64,000 nt of DNA from Thermoplasmata archaeon (lineage in GTDB: Archaea > Thermoplasmatota > Thermoplasmata > Lutacidiplasmatales > UBA184): the NCBI GenBank assembly GCA_022750335.1, contig JAKIVX010000005.1, forward strand, positions 16,119-80,118. Reading direction: 5' to 3'. Below the pieces are notes generated by a model that had not been told where the DNA came from, searched no databases, and was given only the letters and a program-made list of their open reading frames with translations. The translations under genes and the position numbers were made by a program. Of this stretch, positions 46,180 through 56,021 are shown piece by piece (within the stretch, counting starts at the first letter, position 1; each line of letters starts with the position of its first letter).

Positions 46180-47019
46180 CTAGTCGTGCGGCCAGCGGAC
46201 TTCGAAGTTGGAAATGGGCCCCACGACCCGGAAGCCATGCCGCTTGAGAATCGGTCCCGAAGTTCCAATGCGGGCCGTCACAAGAGCGATCTCAGCCCCC
46301 TGTCGGACCGCCTCCTCGCACCGGGCAAGAACGAGGGCACCATAGGCACCCAAGTTGCGGTACGCGGGAAGAATCGCGGATCCCCAGAAACGGGCGACCG
46401 GTCCCGCGACCTCCAACCCGCCATGCCCTATGGGTGTGGAGTCTTTCCAGACGACGTAGCGGCCCGAGTGGCCGGTGTCGGCCACGCGCTTCTGGAAATC
46501 TGCTTCCAAACCCCTTCGAGTTTCCTCGGGAGGTTCGGGACTGTCCCAGAGTGGGGCATTCAGCCCGACGAAGGCCGAGTACTCGTCGTCGTTCTTGGCC
46601 TCTCTTGCCGAGATTTCGAAGGGGGGGTGGAAACTAGGGAGCCGGGCTCGACCAGACTCGTCGTGGAAGTCGTAAACGAGCACTTCCACCTGGTCGAGAG
46701 CTGAGTACCCCCTTCGGACAAGGCGTTCCTCCAAGTCCAGGGGTCGGGCAGTCGGCAGAATCTGGAAACGAGCGCCTGTGGCTTGGTTCGAGCGGGCCAG
46801 AGTTTCCACTTCGTCCAATGCAGCGTCAACTTTCTCCAGTTCCGGAACCTGAAAACCGTAGACCGTCGTCATGCTGTACGAGCCTGGTGTGACGATCAAG
46901 TCGAAGCGGTCAGTCGTAAACCGACGGGCAAACGGAGGGACCCAACGCCAGTCTACCATGGCCTCCCAAACTCGCGCGTCGTCCCAGGCAATCCGGCGAG
47001 GGGTCGCCATTTCACTCAA
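46180..47019 (-). CDS. GNAT family N-acetyltransferase (two-lobed)
   Basis: 279 aa. The C-terminal lobe reads GSAILPAYRNLGAYGALVLARCEEAVRQGAEIALV...ILKRHGF. Confidence 0.7.
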   Translation of the reverse strand: MSEMATPRRIAWDDARVWEAMVDWRWVPPFARRFTTDRFDLIVTPGSYSMTTVYGFQVPELEKVDAALDEVETLARSNQATGARFQILPTARPLDLEERLVRRGYSALDQVEVLVYDFHDESGRARLPSFHPPFEISAREAKNDDEYSAFVGLNAPLWDSPEPPEETRRGLEADFQKRVADTGHSGRYVVWKDSTPIGHGGLEVAGPVARFWGSAILPAYRNLGAYGALVLARCEEAVRQGAEIALVTARIGTSGPILKRHGFRVVGPISNFEVRWPHD

Positions 47020-47215
47020 GCGACAAGGATCCGTTAGAAATCACCTTCGAAGCGACTCGAGCGTCGTGAAGGTGAGTCCGACCCCCATCCTCCCGACTCA
47101 GCATGTGAAAAGCCCATTTCATCCACTGGCGGAAGAGCGCATGGAGCCACTCGGACATGCAATCACCCTTGCATCGGACCTCTGGGCTTTTGAGTGGCGA
47201 AGCTAGTCGGGGACC

Positions 47216-47392
47216 ATGTCCGGCACGCTGCCTTGGTCCGGGACGTCTCAGACCTCGCCGATGAACGACCCAAACGAGTTGCTCAACAGGATCCGACGAA
47301 TCGACCAAACGACGGCCCAGACCTTTCATTGGGTTAGGATCGGAGTCGTCGTTCTGGTCGTCCTCGCTATCGCCATCATCATCATTGGCTGA
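47216..47392 (+). CDS. Possible small tail-anchored membrane protein (58 aa)
   Basis: Below the track cutoff. Hand translation gives MSGTLPWSGTSQTSPMNDPNELLNRIRRIDQTTAQTFHWVRIGVVVLVVLAIAIIIIG. It competes with an antisense 157-aa ORF that looks non-coding. Confidence 0.3.
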   Translation: MSGTLPWSGTSQTSPMNDPNELLNRIRRIDQTTAQTFHWVRIGVVVLVVLAIAIIIIG

Positions 47393-47533
47393 TGAGTACG
47401 ATTGAAGATCCTCCCCAGGTAGGGCGAGATCCCGCAAACTGGAGGGCGACGGCCTTGCGACCGCCTTTCGGCCGGGTCGACTCAAGAGATTGAACGCGCC
47501 CGACCGCAGCGATTCGTATTCGGTTGTCCGACT

Positions 47534-47764
47534 CTACTTGCCCTGGACGTCATCCACGCGCCCGATCGGCGTGTTCTGCTTCCGGGAGTAACTTCCCCAG
47601 GAGACCATCGCTAGTCCGAGGACCAAAAGGGCAACAAACGCCACCAACGCAGTTGTTCTGTTGCCGAGTGAGAATTCGTAGATGGCCAGTACGATTCCGC
47701 CGAGGACGACGAGAACACCAAGCACTCTCACCAGGCCACCCAACTCAAAGCTTGCCCACCCCAT
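47534..47764 (-). CDS. Small two-TM membrane protein
   Basis: 76 aa with two clear hydrophobic helices (LVRVLGVLVVLGGIVLAIY and ALVAFVALLVLGLAMV). Confidence 0.45.
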   Translation of the reverse strand: MGWASFELGGLVRVLGVLVVLGGIVLAIYEFSLGNRTTALVAFVALLVLGLAMVSWGSYSRKQNTPIGRVDDVQGK

Positions 47765-48063
47765 CGGATCCGCCTCGGTTCGGGATTAGACCTGGCATAC
47801 TTATCGAACCCCCTAACTCGGTTACAGTTCGAATGCCACAGCATTTTGGAGAATGCCTGGTCGACGGTTCGAGTGGTCCGGGTCAGGGCAGGGCATGAAG
47901 TGTTCGGGAGGAAGCATCGGCCAATCCTTCCGGTACGCTTCAGCGACGGCGGGCGCATCCTGCCTCGAGCCGTAGAGCGCTTGCCTATGGGGTAATGGTC
48001 CGGCGCCCTACCTCTCAGGGTCCCGGCTAAAGCCTTAATCAACCCGGCCAGTTTCTGCGGCTG

Positions 48064-48519
48064 ATGGCCGCGCGAAAGACCGGGGCGAAGGGCGGGAAGA
48101 GTGCCAAGGGTGGTTTCACCGAGGAGGAGCGCTCAGCGATGAGGGAGCGCGCTCGAGAATTGAGGGCCCCGCGTGGTTCAGGTAAATCGGACGGGGAAGG
48201 TGACGTCAAGGCAAAGATCGCTCAGATGAGTCCGTCAGATCGCGCCATTGCCCTGCGAGTTCATGCGATCATCAGAGCCAATGCGCCCACCCTCTCACCG
48301 AGGACCTGGTACGGGATGCCCGCGTATTCCAAGGGCGATCAAGTCCTCTGCTTTTTCCGGAATGCCGGGAAGTTCAAGACTCGGTACTCGACGCTTGGCT
48401 TCAGTGATGAAGCGAATCTCGACGACGGGCCCATGTGGCCGACCGATTTCGCGATCACGAACCTGACCGGCGCGGAAGAGACCCGGATCATCGCGCTCCT
48501 CAAGAAAGCGCTGGGCTGA
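48064..48519 (+). CDS. DUF1801 (YdhG-like) domain protein
   Basis: 151 aa. Motif [35 protein letters not shown]. Confidence 0.7.
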   Translation: MAARKTGAKGGKSAKGGFTEEERSAMRERARELRAPRGSGKSDGEGDVKAKIAQMSPSDRAIALRVHAIIRANAPTLSPRTWYGMPAYSKGDQVLCFFRNAGKFKTRYSTLGFSDEANLDDGPMWPTDFAITNLTGAEETRIIALLKKALG

Positions 48520-48635
48520 GCATTGAATTCACGACCGAGATGGACTCCGGACCTCCAGCAGTGAATCCAAGGACAGCACTGCACCACCGCCGACGCGCCT
48601 TGACGGCCGACCCCTGGTGCGGCGAGCTTCTCGAT

Positions 48636-48947
48636 TCAGTCGTGTTCCAGAACCAGGGTCGTTCCCTCCACTCTGACCCGATAGGCGGTCACGGGCCGCG
48701 TGGCCGGCCCATGAACAACCCTCCCATCGCTTACGTCAAACACCGAGTGGTGCAATGGGCACGTCACCTCTTTTCCTGCGAGTGACCCCCGGTCGAGCGG
48801 GCCTCCGGCGTGCGTGCATCGAGCGTCGAGGCCGTACAGCGTCCCGCCGACCAGGAAGACCGCGACGGGCGTACCGTTAGCCGAGACCCTAACTGAATGG
48901 CCCTCCGCTGGCAAGGTCGCATTCTCGATTCGAATGGTTTCGGCCAT
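48636..48947 (-). CDS. Rieske [2Fe-2S] domain protein
   Basis: C-x-H (CTHAGGPL) and C-x-x-H (CPLHHSVF) ligand boxes. 103 aa. Confidence 0.85.
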   Translation of the reverse strand: MAETIRIENATLPAEGHSVRVSANGTPVAVFLVGGTLYGLDARCTHAGGPLDRGSLAGKEVTCPLHHSVFDVSDGRVVHGPATRPVTAYRVRVEGTTLVLEHD

Positions 48948-49203
48948 AGCTAGCCCTGAACAACACTCGATGATACGGGTTACTTAGCGCCCGCGATGCG
49001 CTCTTAGGAAGGCGACCACCCGAGGTCGCAACGTGGCTTACCACGCCGTCGTGTGGAAGTGCAATTGCACCAACCAGTCGGTCCCCTTGAGGCGTTCCGA
49101 TGAATGGGGGACCTTCAGGGCTGTCGGGGGGTGGCGGAGGACCTGTTAAGTCCCGGTTGGCTCGTGAAATCGCTAAGTCTCGCAGCCGGATTCGGAGTTC
49201 CCC

Positions 49204-50457
49204 ATGGACGTACGGCCGATCACGACATCTCTCGACGCGGCTCGTCGACTTGCTGTCGTCAAGCAGCACCTTGCCGGAAAGCAACCCGCTCGGGTTACCG
49301 GAGAATCGATTGTTGGCCTCGTCCGCGACTTAGGTTACGTCCAATGGGACCCTATCTCCGTCGTCGCACCCTCCCACCTTCTATCCCTCTGGAGCCGATT
49401 GGGTAACTTCGATCCGGCGATTCTGGAGGCCCTCCTCTGGAAGGAAAAGAAAGTCTTCGAGCATTGGACCCCGATTGCGTCGCTCGTACTGACCGAGGAT
49501 TACCCGCTGTACTACTCGTTGATGCGACGCTACCCCAAATCCATGACTCGCTCGTGGGGCAACCAGAGGGGTCGGGCCGCGAAGTTTCTGAAAGAGAACG
49601 CGAAACTGAAGCGACGGATGCTCAGGGAATTGCGTAAGGGACCGCGCACATTAGGTGAGTTCACCGACCATGCTCACACCAAGCGGGCCGATGGCGCGTG
49701 GGCCCCGACCAGCGACGTGTCGCACATGCTCTACCATCTGAGCATGCAGGGCGACGTGATGGTGGTGGGACATGCAGGCAAGCAGAATCTGTGGGGACTC
49801 GCCACGGAGTTCCTGCCGAGTTGGGCGAAGCGGGAAATGTTGTCCGAATCTGGGTTTGAAGAGGCCTCCGCGCAACGGTCGATCCTCGCGCAGGGGATTG
49901 CAACCTCGCGCGAGACGCTGTTCTACTTTGTCCGGGGGCGCTACCACACCCTCGAAAAGACCTTGCAACGACTGGAAAGTAGTTCGAGGATCCACCGAAT
50001 CCAGGTAGAAGGACTTGCGGATCGCAAAGTACGTTACATTCACAGCCAAGACCTGCCACTCTTGGAGAACCTGATGGTGGGGAAAGGGTGGGAGCCCCGA
50101 CTTTCGCTGTTGCCGCCCTTCGACACCTTCGTGGGGAACCAGGACCGACTTCAACGTCTCTTTGGCTTCCGTTACATTCGGGAGCAGTTCTTCCCGCCGG
50201 AGAAGCGGCAGTTCGGCTTCTACGTCCTTCCCGTCTTACTCGGCGAGAAGTTCGTGGGCCGGATCGACCCTCGGCTGGACAAGGAGTCGAAGACCTTGGT
50301 GATCAACTCCGTCCACGCAGAGGTGGGGGCACCGACGGACCGATCGGTGGGGAGCGAACTCCGCGATGCCATCGCAGACCTCGCTGTTTTCGTCGGGGCG
50401 AACCGAGTGAGATACACGTCGAAGGTTCCCGGTCCTTGGAAGGGCGCTCTCAACTGA
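49204..50457 (+). CDS. YcaQ/AlkZ family winged-helix DNA glycosylase (DUF1006)
   Basis: 417 aa, collinear with E. coli YcaQ as I recall it. Motifs LGYVQWDPISVVAPSHLLSLWSRLGNF, FEHW, LLPPFDTFV and FGFYVLPVLLGEKFVGRIDPRLDK. Confidence 0.8.
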   Translation: MDVRPITTSLDAARRLAVVKQHLAGKQPARVTGESIVGLVRDLGYVQWDPISVVAPSHLLSLWSRLGNFDPAILEALLWKEKKVFEHWTPIASLVLTEDYPLYYSLMRRYPKSMTRSWGNQRGRAAKFLKENAKLKRRMLRELRKGPRTLGEFTDHAHTKRADGAWAPTSDVSHMLYHLSMQGDVMVVGHAGKQNLWGLATEFLPSWAKREMLSESGFEEASAQRSILAQGIATSRETLFYFVRGRYHTLEKTLQRLESSSRIHRIQVEGLADRKVRYIHSQDLPLLENLMVGKGWEPRLSLLPPFDTFVGNQDRLQRLFGFRYIREQFFPPEKRQFGFYVLPVLLGEKFVGRIDPRLDKESKTLVINSVHAEVGAPTDRSVGSELRDAIADLAVFVGANRVRYTSKVPGPWKGALN

Positions 50458-50514
50458 GGCCTTCTCGAAGGGCTCGCTCCCACTGGTTGAAATCAGTCTT
50501 GCACACTGTTGGCG

Positions 50515-51198
50515 TTAATGTGACTGTACTGTCGAAGTTGGTGGCTTGATGGTCCACAAGTTCGCGGTGGTTCCCGTCGCGATGGCCCAAGGCCTTTGGG
50601 TGAGTTCGACGCTCAAACCAGCCCGACGCGCACCGCGGAGGAGTGCATCGCCTGGATCTTGAGTGATCGGTGTGTTGAGTTTGACCTCGTAGGCCTTCAC
50701 GCCGAGAATCCATCCGGGCTTCAAGGGGTCATCGAAGTCCGAATTTGGCGTGTTATTCCCGAGCGTAACCGTCAACCCCGGGTCATTCCATCGAGCTACA
50801 ACGGTCCTACCACTCTGGTAAACTAGCCGAATGCCTGAATCATCCACATTCAACGAACCGACGAGAGATCCGGTTCCCCACCCAGTCGACGACATCGTGA
50901 TTATGGTAAGAAGTGCTGCCCCAGTCACAATTGGAATCCATGGGACAATCCCTTTCAACGGAGCTGAGTCGCCGTGCGGCGGGTCGACGGTCAAGAAGAG
51001 AGTCCCAACAATAACCAGACCAACCGCAAAAATCCCCATCCCGATTTTCATAGGCACCATTTTTCGAGCGTCGCGGGCCCACCGAGATGTCAAGTCGAAG
51101 TGCTCACTACCGGGCGGGGAGCTGAACTCGGGCAAAGGTTCGCTCGTCGAGCGCGCCACCGCGGCGGGACGACCGTAGTTCACTAAAGCATAACGCAA
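50515..51198 (-). CDS. Hypothetical membrane protein (likely start at 51060)
   Basis: Two TM helices follow MVPMKIGMGIFAVGLVIVGTLFL, then a soluble domain of about 120 aa. No family recognised. Confidence 0.45.
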   Translation of the reverse strand: MRYALVNYGRPAAVARSTSEPLPEFSSPPGSEHFDLTSRWARDARKMVPMKIGMGIFAVGLVIVGTLFLTVDPPHGDSAPLKGIVPWIPIVTGAALLTIITMSSTGWGTGSLVGSLNVDDSGIRLVYQSGRTVVARWNDPGLTVTLGNNTPNSDFDDPLKPGWILGVKAYEVKLNTPITQDPGDALLRGARRAGLSVELTQRPWAIATGTTANLWTIKPPTSTVQSH

Positions 51199-51376
51199 TA
51201 GTCGGGCGCCACCTCGTTTCTCCCGCGGTTGACCTCGACGATGCGCAAGGTCATGGTAGCGTCAGTCTTTCCGGTTTGCAGGAACCTCCGACAGCCCCAA
51301 TGCGTGGGCCAAAGGGGATCGCCCATCCCTCATCGAATGGGTAAGTCTTATGATCAATTGTCTCAATTGAGGGGGC

Positions 51377-51595
51377 ATGTTGGCCGACCCGCCGACGACC
51401 ATCACCGTTCGTACCTCTACCCTGAGGAGTCTCTCCCTCTACAAGGCCGGGGGGAGGTCCTACGATGAGGTGCTACGGGATCTTGTGGAGGAGGTACCGC
51501 CAGAGTCATTCCTTCGATGGGCCAAAGAGGAACTCAAGCGGCCGACTCTGACCCTGGACCAGGTCCGGAAGCGACTCAAGCTATCCGAGCCCTGA
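51377..51595 (+). CDS. Putative antitoxin, VapB-type (PF02697/DUF217-like), paralogous to 36766..36984
   Basis: 72 aa. TTITVRTSTLRSLSLYKAGGRSYDEVLRDLV has the same pattern as the first copy. Confidence 0.55.
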   Translation: MLADPPTTITVRTSTLRSLSLYKAGGRSYDEVLRDLVEEVPPESFLRWAKEELKRPTLTLDQVRKRLKLSEP

Positions 51596-51864
51596 TGGCT
51601 ACCGTCCGCTTCTCTCCAGAGGGAACCCACTCCCTCGGCAAGCTCCCACCGGCTGTCCTACGGAAATTTAATCTTGCCTTCTCGACGATTGTGGAGTCTG
51701 GCCCGTCTGCCCCATCGTTGGACGCGCATCATCTGTCCGGGGGCCGGGGCCCATGGACGTTGAGGATTGGGGTTTATCGTGGAATCTTCAAGTCGGATGG
51801 CGCGGAGGCCCGGTTCATCAGATTCGGGCACCGGCGTGCGGTCTATGCCAGGCTTCCTAAGTAG
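51595..51864 (+). CDS. RelE/ParE superfamily toxin
   Basis: The ATG at 51595 shares one base with the antitoxin TGA. MATVRFSPEGTHSLGKLPPAVLRKF...WTLRIGVYRGIFKSDGAEARFIRFGHRRAVY matches the w.lRiG.yR core. Confidence 0.6.
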   Translation: MATVRFSPEGTHSLGKLPPAVLRKFNLAFSTIVESGPSAPSLDAHHLSGGRGPWTLRIGVYRGIFKSDGAEARFIRFGHRRAVYARLPK

Positions 51865-51988
51865 GTGTAAGGCCCATTGCACCCATTCTCCACAAAAAGG
51901 CGGTTTGGACGTCGATCTACCGCCTTGCTACCAACCGAGTCCGACGTTAGCGGAGGCTCTCGGGCCCCTAACGAGGCGAAGGCGACTC

Positions 51989-52543
51989 CTAGTGACGTCC
52001 CGGCGCGGCGGCTGCTTCCAATGCTTGCATCAACACTTCGAGTTCGTAGGAGGCGTTGTGCCGGATTCCGTTGATGTAAAACGTAGGAGTCCCGTTCACG
52101 CCACTTTTGACCCCGCTGAGAAAATCCTCACGCACCCGCTCCGCGAATTCGTGACCCGTTAGGGCCGCTACGAATCTCGGACTGTCGACTTGGATTCGTC
52201 GGGCGTATCCCAAGAGGTCGTTCTTGGCGAGTGCGTCCTGGTTCTCGTAGAGCATGTCGTGCATCTCCCAAAACTTGTCCTGCGCCCCTGCGGCCTCGGC
52301 CGCCTCTGCGGCAAGGCTCGCGTGGGGGTGCATGTTGCCCAACGGGAAGTTTCGGAAGACGAACCGGAGCTTGACTCCCATGCGCTTTTGGACCTCCTTG
52401 ACGATGGGGTAGGCCGCCCCGCAATACGGGCACTCGTAGTCTCCGTACTCCACCAGGCTCACTGTTGCCTTGGCGGAGCCTTGCGTGTGATCGCGAACGC
52501 CCACCGGCAAGACCAGTCGGGGTGAGTGGGGATCCGAGTTCAT
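51989..52543 (-). CDS. DsbA-like thioredoxin-fold oxidoreductase
   Basis: 184 aa. Motifs YGDYECPYCG (CxxC) and TPTFYINGI. Confidence 0.85.
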   Translation of the reverse strand: MNSDPHSPRLVLPVGVRDHTQGSAKATVSLVEYGDYECPYCGAAYPIVKEVQKRMGVKLRFVFRNFPLGNMHPHASLAAEAAEAAGAQDKFWEMHDMLYENQDALAKNDLLGYARRIQVDSPRFVAALTGHEFAERVREDFLSGVKSGVNGTPTFYINGIRHNASYELEVLMQALEAAAAPGRH

Positions 52544-53049
52544 TTTCTTCCTCCGTCCGCCTCCAGGCTCTCGAGGGCAGCCAGAACCCCCTCGGCACCC
52601 GGGTTAACGCCGGTCGGCGAGATGTAGCTCCATCGAATGACTCCTTTCTTGTCGATGACAAAGAGCGCTCGCCCGCTCTCTCCATCCTTGTCCAAGTACG
52701 CTCCATAGAGGTGCGATACCCGACCCTTCGGCTCAAAGTCGGCGAGAAGTGGAAAGTGGAGCTTTCGGTCCCGAGCAAACGCCCCATGGCACCAAATGCC
52801 GTCGACCGAAATTCCGAACAGCACCGCGTTGTGCTTCTCGAACTCTGGGAGTAACTCGTTGTAAAGCGACATTTGGTCGGAGCAAACGGGACTCCAATCC
52901 GCTGGGTAGAACGCAAGGACGACTGGCCGACCACGGAAGTCGCTCAACGACACCGTCTGGTCCGGGGTGCACTTGAGTTCGAATGGCGGGGCGGGCGTTC
53001 CGGCGGGCAACGGTCCCTTACCTTTGCGACTCTCGCTTGAAATCTTCAC
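52540..53049 (-). CDS. Peroxiredoxin (AhpC/TSA, Bcp/Prx-like)
   Basis: FYPADWSPVCSDQ carries the peroxidatic Cys. It overlaps the DsbA-like gene by 4 nt. Confidence 0.9.
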   Translation of the reverse strand: MKISSESRKGKGPLPAGTPAPPFELKCTPDQTVSLSDFRGRPVVLAFYPADWSPVCSDQMSLYNELLPEFEKHNAVLFGISVDGIWCHGAFARDRKLHFPLLADFEPKGRVSHLYGAYLDKDGESGRALFVIDKKGVIRWSYISPTGVNPGAEGVLAALESLEADGGRK

Positions 53050-53364
53050 ACCAACTCTCCGCCCGACCCGATGAATGTAGAGCCCTATTTACCGTGCCTG
53101 AAACGAGCTGAACCGATGGTAAGTCCACCCTTGCCGCCCGCCGTTCAGGGGGGCTCACTTGACTTGCAATCTATCTTCGGGCGGCCAACTAGGAGAGCCC
53201 GGCCGAGCGTTTTCTCGTTCCAAACTGAGGCGCTCTCCCGAATCTGCGCCGTGGGTAATGGATGCAAGGTTCAGCGCACCGTCACCTATGGACCGCCGAC
53301 GAACTCTGATCCCGAGTCTCAACTCGGATAGCATATGTCCCCTGAAACCTCCTCCGCGGAATTT

Positions 53365-53386
53365 CCTTATATAAATTTATGTAAGG
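53365..53386. promoter_or_regulatory. Near-perfect 22-bp AT-rich palindrome CCTTATATAAA/TTTATGTAAGG in the divergent Prx / TauE intergenic region
   Basis: Read directly: 11-bp arms with one mismatch. It contains a TATA-like TTATATAAA and is embedded in a 452-bp non-coding spacer. Confidence 0.35.
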
Positions 53387-53501
53387 ATTACTAGAGCCCT
53401 GTTCTTGGGCCCCTCATGAATCTCATTCCGTTCGTCAGTGCGACACCGATAGCAGTAAGTATGCATGCGCACCCACCCCTACCTCCACTCGGGAGCTCAT
53501 A

Positions 53502-54545
53502 ATGGACTGGTCGACCATCTGGCTCGCCATCGTCGCGCTCGGCGCTTCGATCATCAATGGGGCAATCGGATACGGGTTCTCGTCCATCGTCACGCCCATC
53601 GCGCTCCTCTGGTTCTCGAACAAGATCCTGAATCCCGCGGTGGTCAGCGTCGAACTTGTTGTCAATGTAGCGCTCCTCTTCCGGGAACGAGCGTTCATAC
53701 CCGCGACCAAGGGCCGAGCATTGCCTGTCGTGATGACGCTGCTCCCCGGGGTCCTGCTCGGAACGCTGGGGCTCAGTTACCTCGCGGTCAACGACGTAAA
53801 GGTGGTGGTCTATGTGATGCTCTTGCCGATGGTGGTCATTCAGCTTTTAGGGCTCCGACGCCCGTTCACCAACGAGCGTCGAAGCGGGCTGGCAATCGGT
53901 CCGGGAATAGGGTTCCTGTACTCTTTGACGACGATTTCGGGCCCGCCGCTGGCTGTCTTTTTCCGCAACCAGGGTCTGTCCAAGAACGAGTTTCGATGTA
54001 CTCTGGCCCAGGTTCGGGTTGCGGAGTCAAGTCTCACCCTAACGACCTACTTCCTGTTCACCGAGTTTCTCGGAGCCAACTTGACTTCCGCGCCCTCGCT
54101 CGGGCTCGTCCCGTTTCTCCTTGTACCGGTCCTCATTGGTGTACCGGTCGGGACGTGGCTCGTGGCCCGCGTTTCCCGAGACTCGTTCACGCGCTTGGTC
54201 ATGGGGATGGATGGACTGGTCGTTTCCTTTGGTCTCTCGCAAGTGATCCTGAAGCTGAAGTGGGTCGGGTCGACCGTCAGCGACCTCGTTTTCGCCCTGC
54301 TTGCGGCCATGGTGGTCGCTTTGGCGGCGTACTCTCTTTACAAGCTGCCCGGCGCCCGAAAGTTGGTGGATTCTACTCTTCCCGGCTCTCAGGCGTTAGT
54401 GCATCCCGGAAACTCCAGGCCCGTGGTCGGACCGCCCCGTGCATCCACCGGCGATTCGACCGAGCCGGTCATGGAGGCACCCTCCCACAGGGCCACTTCT
54501 CCGGAGGAAGGAGGGCCGCCCTTGCCCGGCCCAACTCTACGGTGA
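53502..54545 (+). CDS. TauE/SafE family sulfite/sulfonate exporter-type membrane protein with a C-terminal extension
   Basis: Motif WLAIVALGASIINGAIGYGFSSIVTPIALLWF and the repeated 4-TM half architecture. The last 80 or so residues are hydrophilic and P/S-rich. Confidence 0.8.
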   Translation: MDWSTIWLAIVALGASIINGAIGYGFSSIVTPIALLWFSNKILNPAVVSVELVVNVALLFRERAFIPATKGRALPVVMTLLPGVLLGTLGLSYLAVNDVKVVVYVMLLPMVVIQLLGLRRPFTNERRSGLAIGPGIGFLYSLTTISGPPLAVFFRNQGLSKNEFRCTLAQVRVAESSLTLTTYFLFTEFLGANLTSAPSLGLVPFLLVPVLIGVPVGTWLVARVSRDSFTRLVMGMDGLVVSFGLSQVILKLKWVGSTVSDLVFALLAAMVVALAAYSLYKLPGARKLVDSTLPGSQALVHPGNSRPVVGPPRASTGDSTEPVMEAPSHRATSPEEGGPPLPGPTLR

Positions 54546-54776
54546 ATGTCTTCGGAACGAAAATAGTGCACCCGAGCAGTGGATTCCCCCCGCCGGGTCG
54601 AGATTTCACCAATTTCTCTCCCCCTTCTGGGATATTCTGATTTCATGGGCAGTCGACTCCCAAGTGGTAAGTTCCTTCACCCCACTTTCCGACACGACGG
54701 CGAGGGCCCGGCGAGAACCAGTGTGGGCTATTGGGGGTGAGCAATCTAGTTAGTCACTTTCCCGTCCTTCCTAGCC

Positions 54777-56021
54777 GTGGAACGGGACCTCCGGCTACTC
54801 TCGATCGGTTTCGCCATCCGCACTTTCGGAGCGGCTCTCTACAATCCGTTCTTGGCCCTGTTTCTGTACGCCATCCTCCATGTCGGATACCTCGAGATCG
54901 GAGTCATCTTTGTCGGCCTCGGCGTGATTCAACTTCCGTTCGCACTGGTGGGGGGTCTTTGGACAGATCGTGTCGGGCGGCGCCGCCTCATCATTCTGGG
55001 GCTCGCGACCGAGACCGCCCTGACGGCGGCACTCGCCTACTCATTTGACATCAAGTCCTTGATTCTCGCGATCACAGTGGCCGCCGTCGGGGGATGCCTC
55101 CTGTCGGCCACGGGGGCCGCGTACTCCGCTTACATTGCGGATTGGGCGACGGGCTCCGAACGCACCCGGGGGTTCACCTGGTACCGAATCGCATTCAACG
55201 CGGGTTTCGCGGCCGGGGTGGCCCTTGGAGGCACCCTGGTGGCCCTCATCGGATTTGCTGGCGCGGTCGGCGTGGCCGCGACGATCATCGGGGGTGCGAC
55301 AGTCTTTGTGCTGATATTCCTGCACCCTTCCCCGTACGATCTCGGACTCCGCGCGAACGCAACGCGCCCCAACGAGGGCTGGTCTTTGGAGCCACGAAAG
55401 CGAAGTCTGCGGGACAGTTTCTCCCTCCTCGCTCGGGACCGCACCGCGCTCCTCGTTGCATTTGCGTTTGCCCTTGTGTACATGACCGCTTCCCAGTGGA
55501 ACGTGACATTCGCCCTATTCGTCCACAACAAGATGGGAATCTCCTACTCGATTTTGGGTATTGGACTGGCCCTAAACGGATTGGTCGTGGTCTTCGGACA
55601 GTCCTTCACTACGGAGCGAGTGATCGGGCTCCGTCATACTACAATCGGAATCCTCGGGACTTTCCTCTACGTGGTGGCATTTCTCCTTCTCGGGATCTCC
55701 GCGCTGTGGGTGCTCCTACCAATTGGGTTCTTCTTCCTCGCGGTGTTGATCCTGACGTTCGGAGAGAACCTCGGGTCGATTCCGGTGTCGACTCTCCCCT
55801 CCAATCTCGCTCCGCCGGGCGAGGTAGGGGCCTACAATGGAGGATTCAACACGGTGGTGAGCGCCGGTGCGCTCGCGGCAGTATTTCTCGGAGGTTGGGT
55901 CTTGTCCGCCGTCGCCAATCCTCTCTTTGAGTGGATGCTTCTCGTGGTTCCGGCCATCCCGGGAATGATCTTACTTCGGTACACCTCGCGCCGGATCCCG
56001 ATCAAGCAGGATCGAGCCTGA
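54777..56021 (+). CDS. MFS transporter
   Basis: 414 aa with about 12 TM helices. Loop 2-3 motif GGLWTDRVGRRRLI. Confidence 0.85.
   Translation: MERDLRLLSIGFAIRTFGAALYNPFLALFLYAILHVGYLEIGVIFVGLGVIQLPFALVGGLWTDRVGRRRLIILGLATETALTAALAYSFDIKSLILAITVAAVGGCLLSATGAAYSAYIADWATGSERTRGFTWYRIAFNAGFAAGVALGGTLVALIGFAGAVGVAATIIGGATVFVLIFLHPSPYDLGLRANATRPNEGWSLEPRKRSLRDSFSLLARDRTALLVAFAFALVYMTASQWNVTFALFVHNKMGISYSILGIGLALNGLVVVFGQSFTTERVIGLRHTTIGILGTFLYVVAFLLLGISALWVLLPIGFFFLAVLILTFGENLGSIPVSTLPSNLAPPGEVGAYNGGFNTVVSAGALAAVFLGGWVLSAVANPLFEWMLLVVPAIPGMILLRYTSRRIPIKQDRA

Noticed and set aside
47012-47485. 157-aa minus-strand ORF with an acidic D/E/N-rich stretch.
   Set aside because: There is no family resemblance, and the composition is low-complexity and R/P-rich on both sides. 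It is indistinguishable from a chance frame. A competing plus-strand small ORF was noted at low confidence instead.
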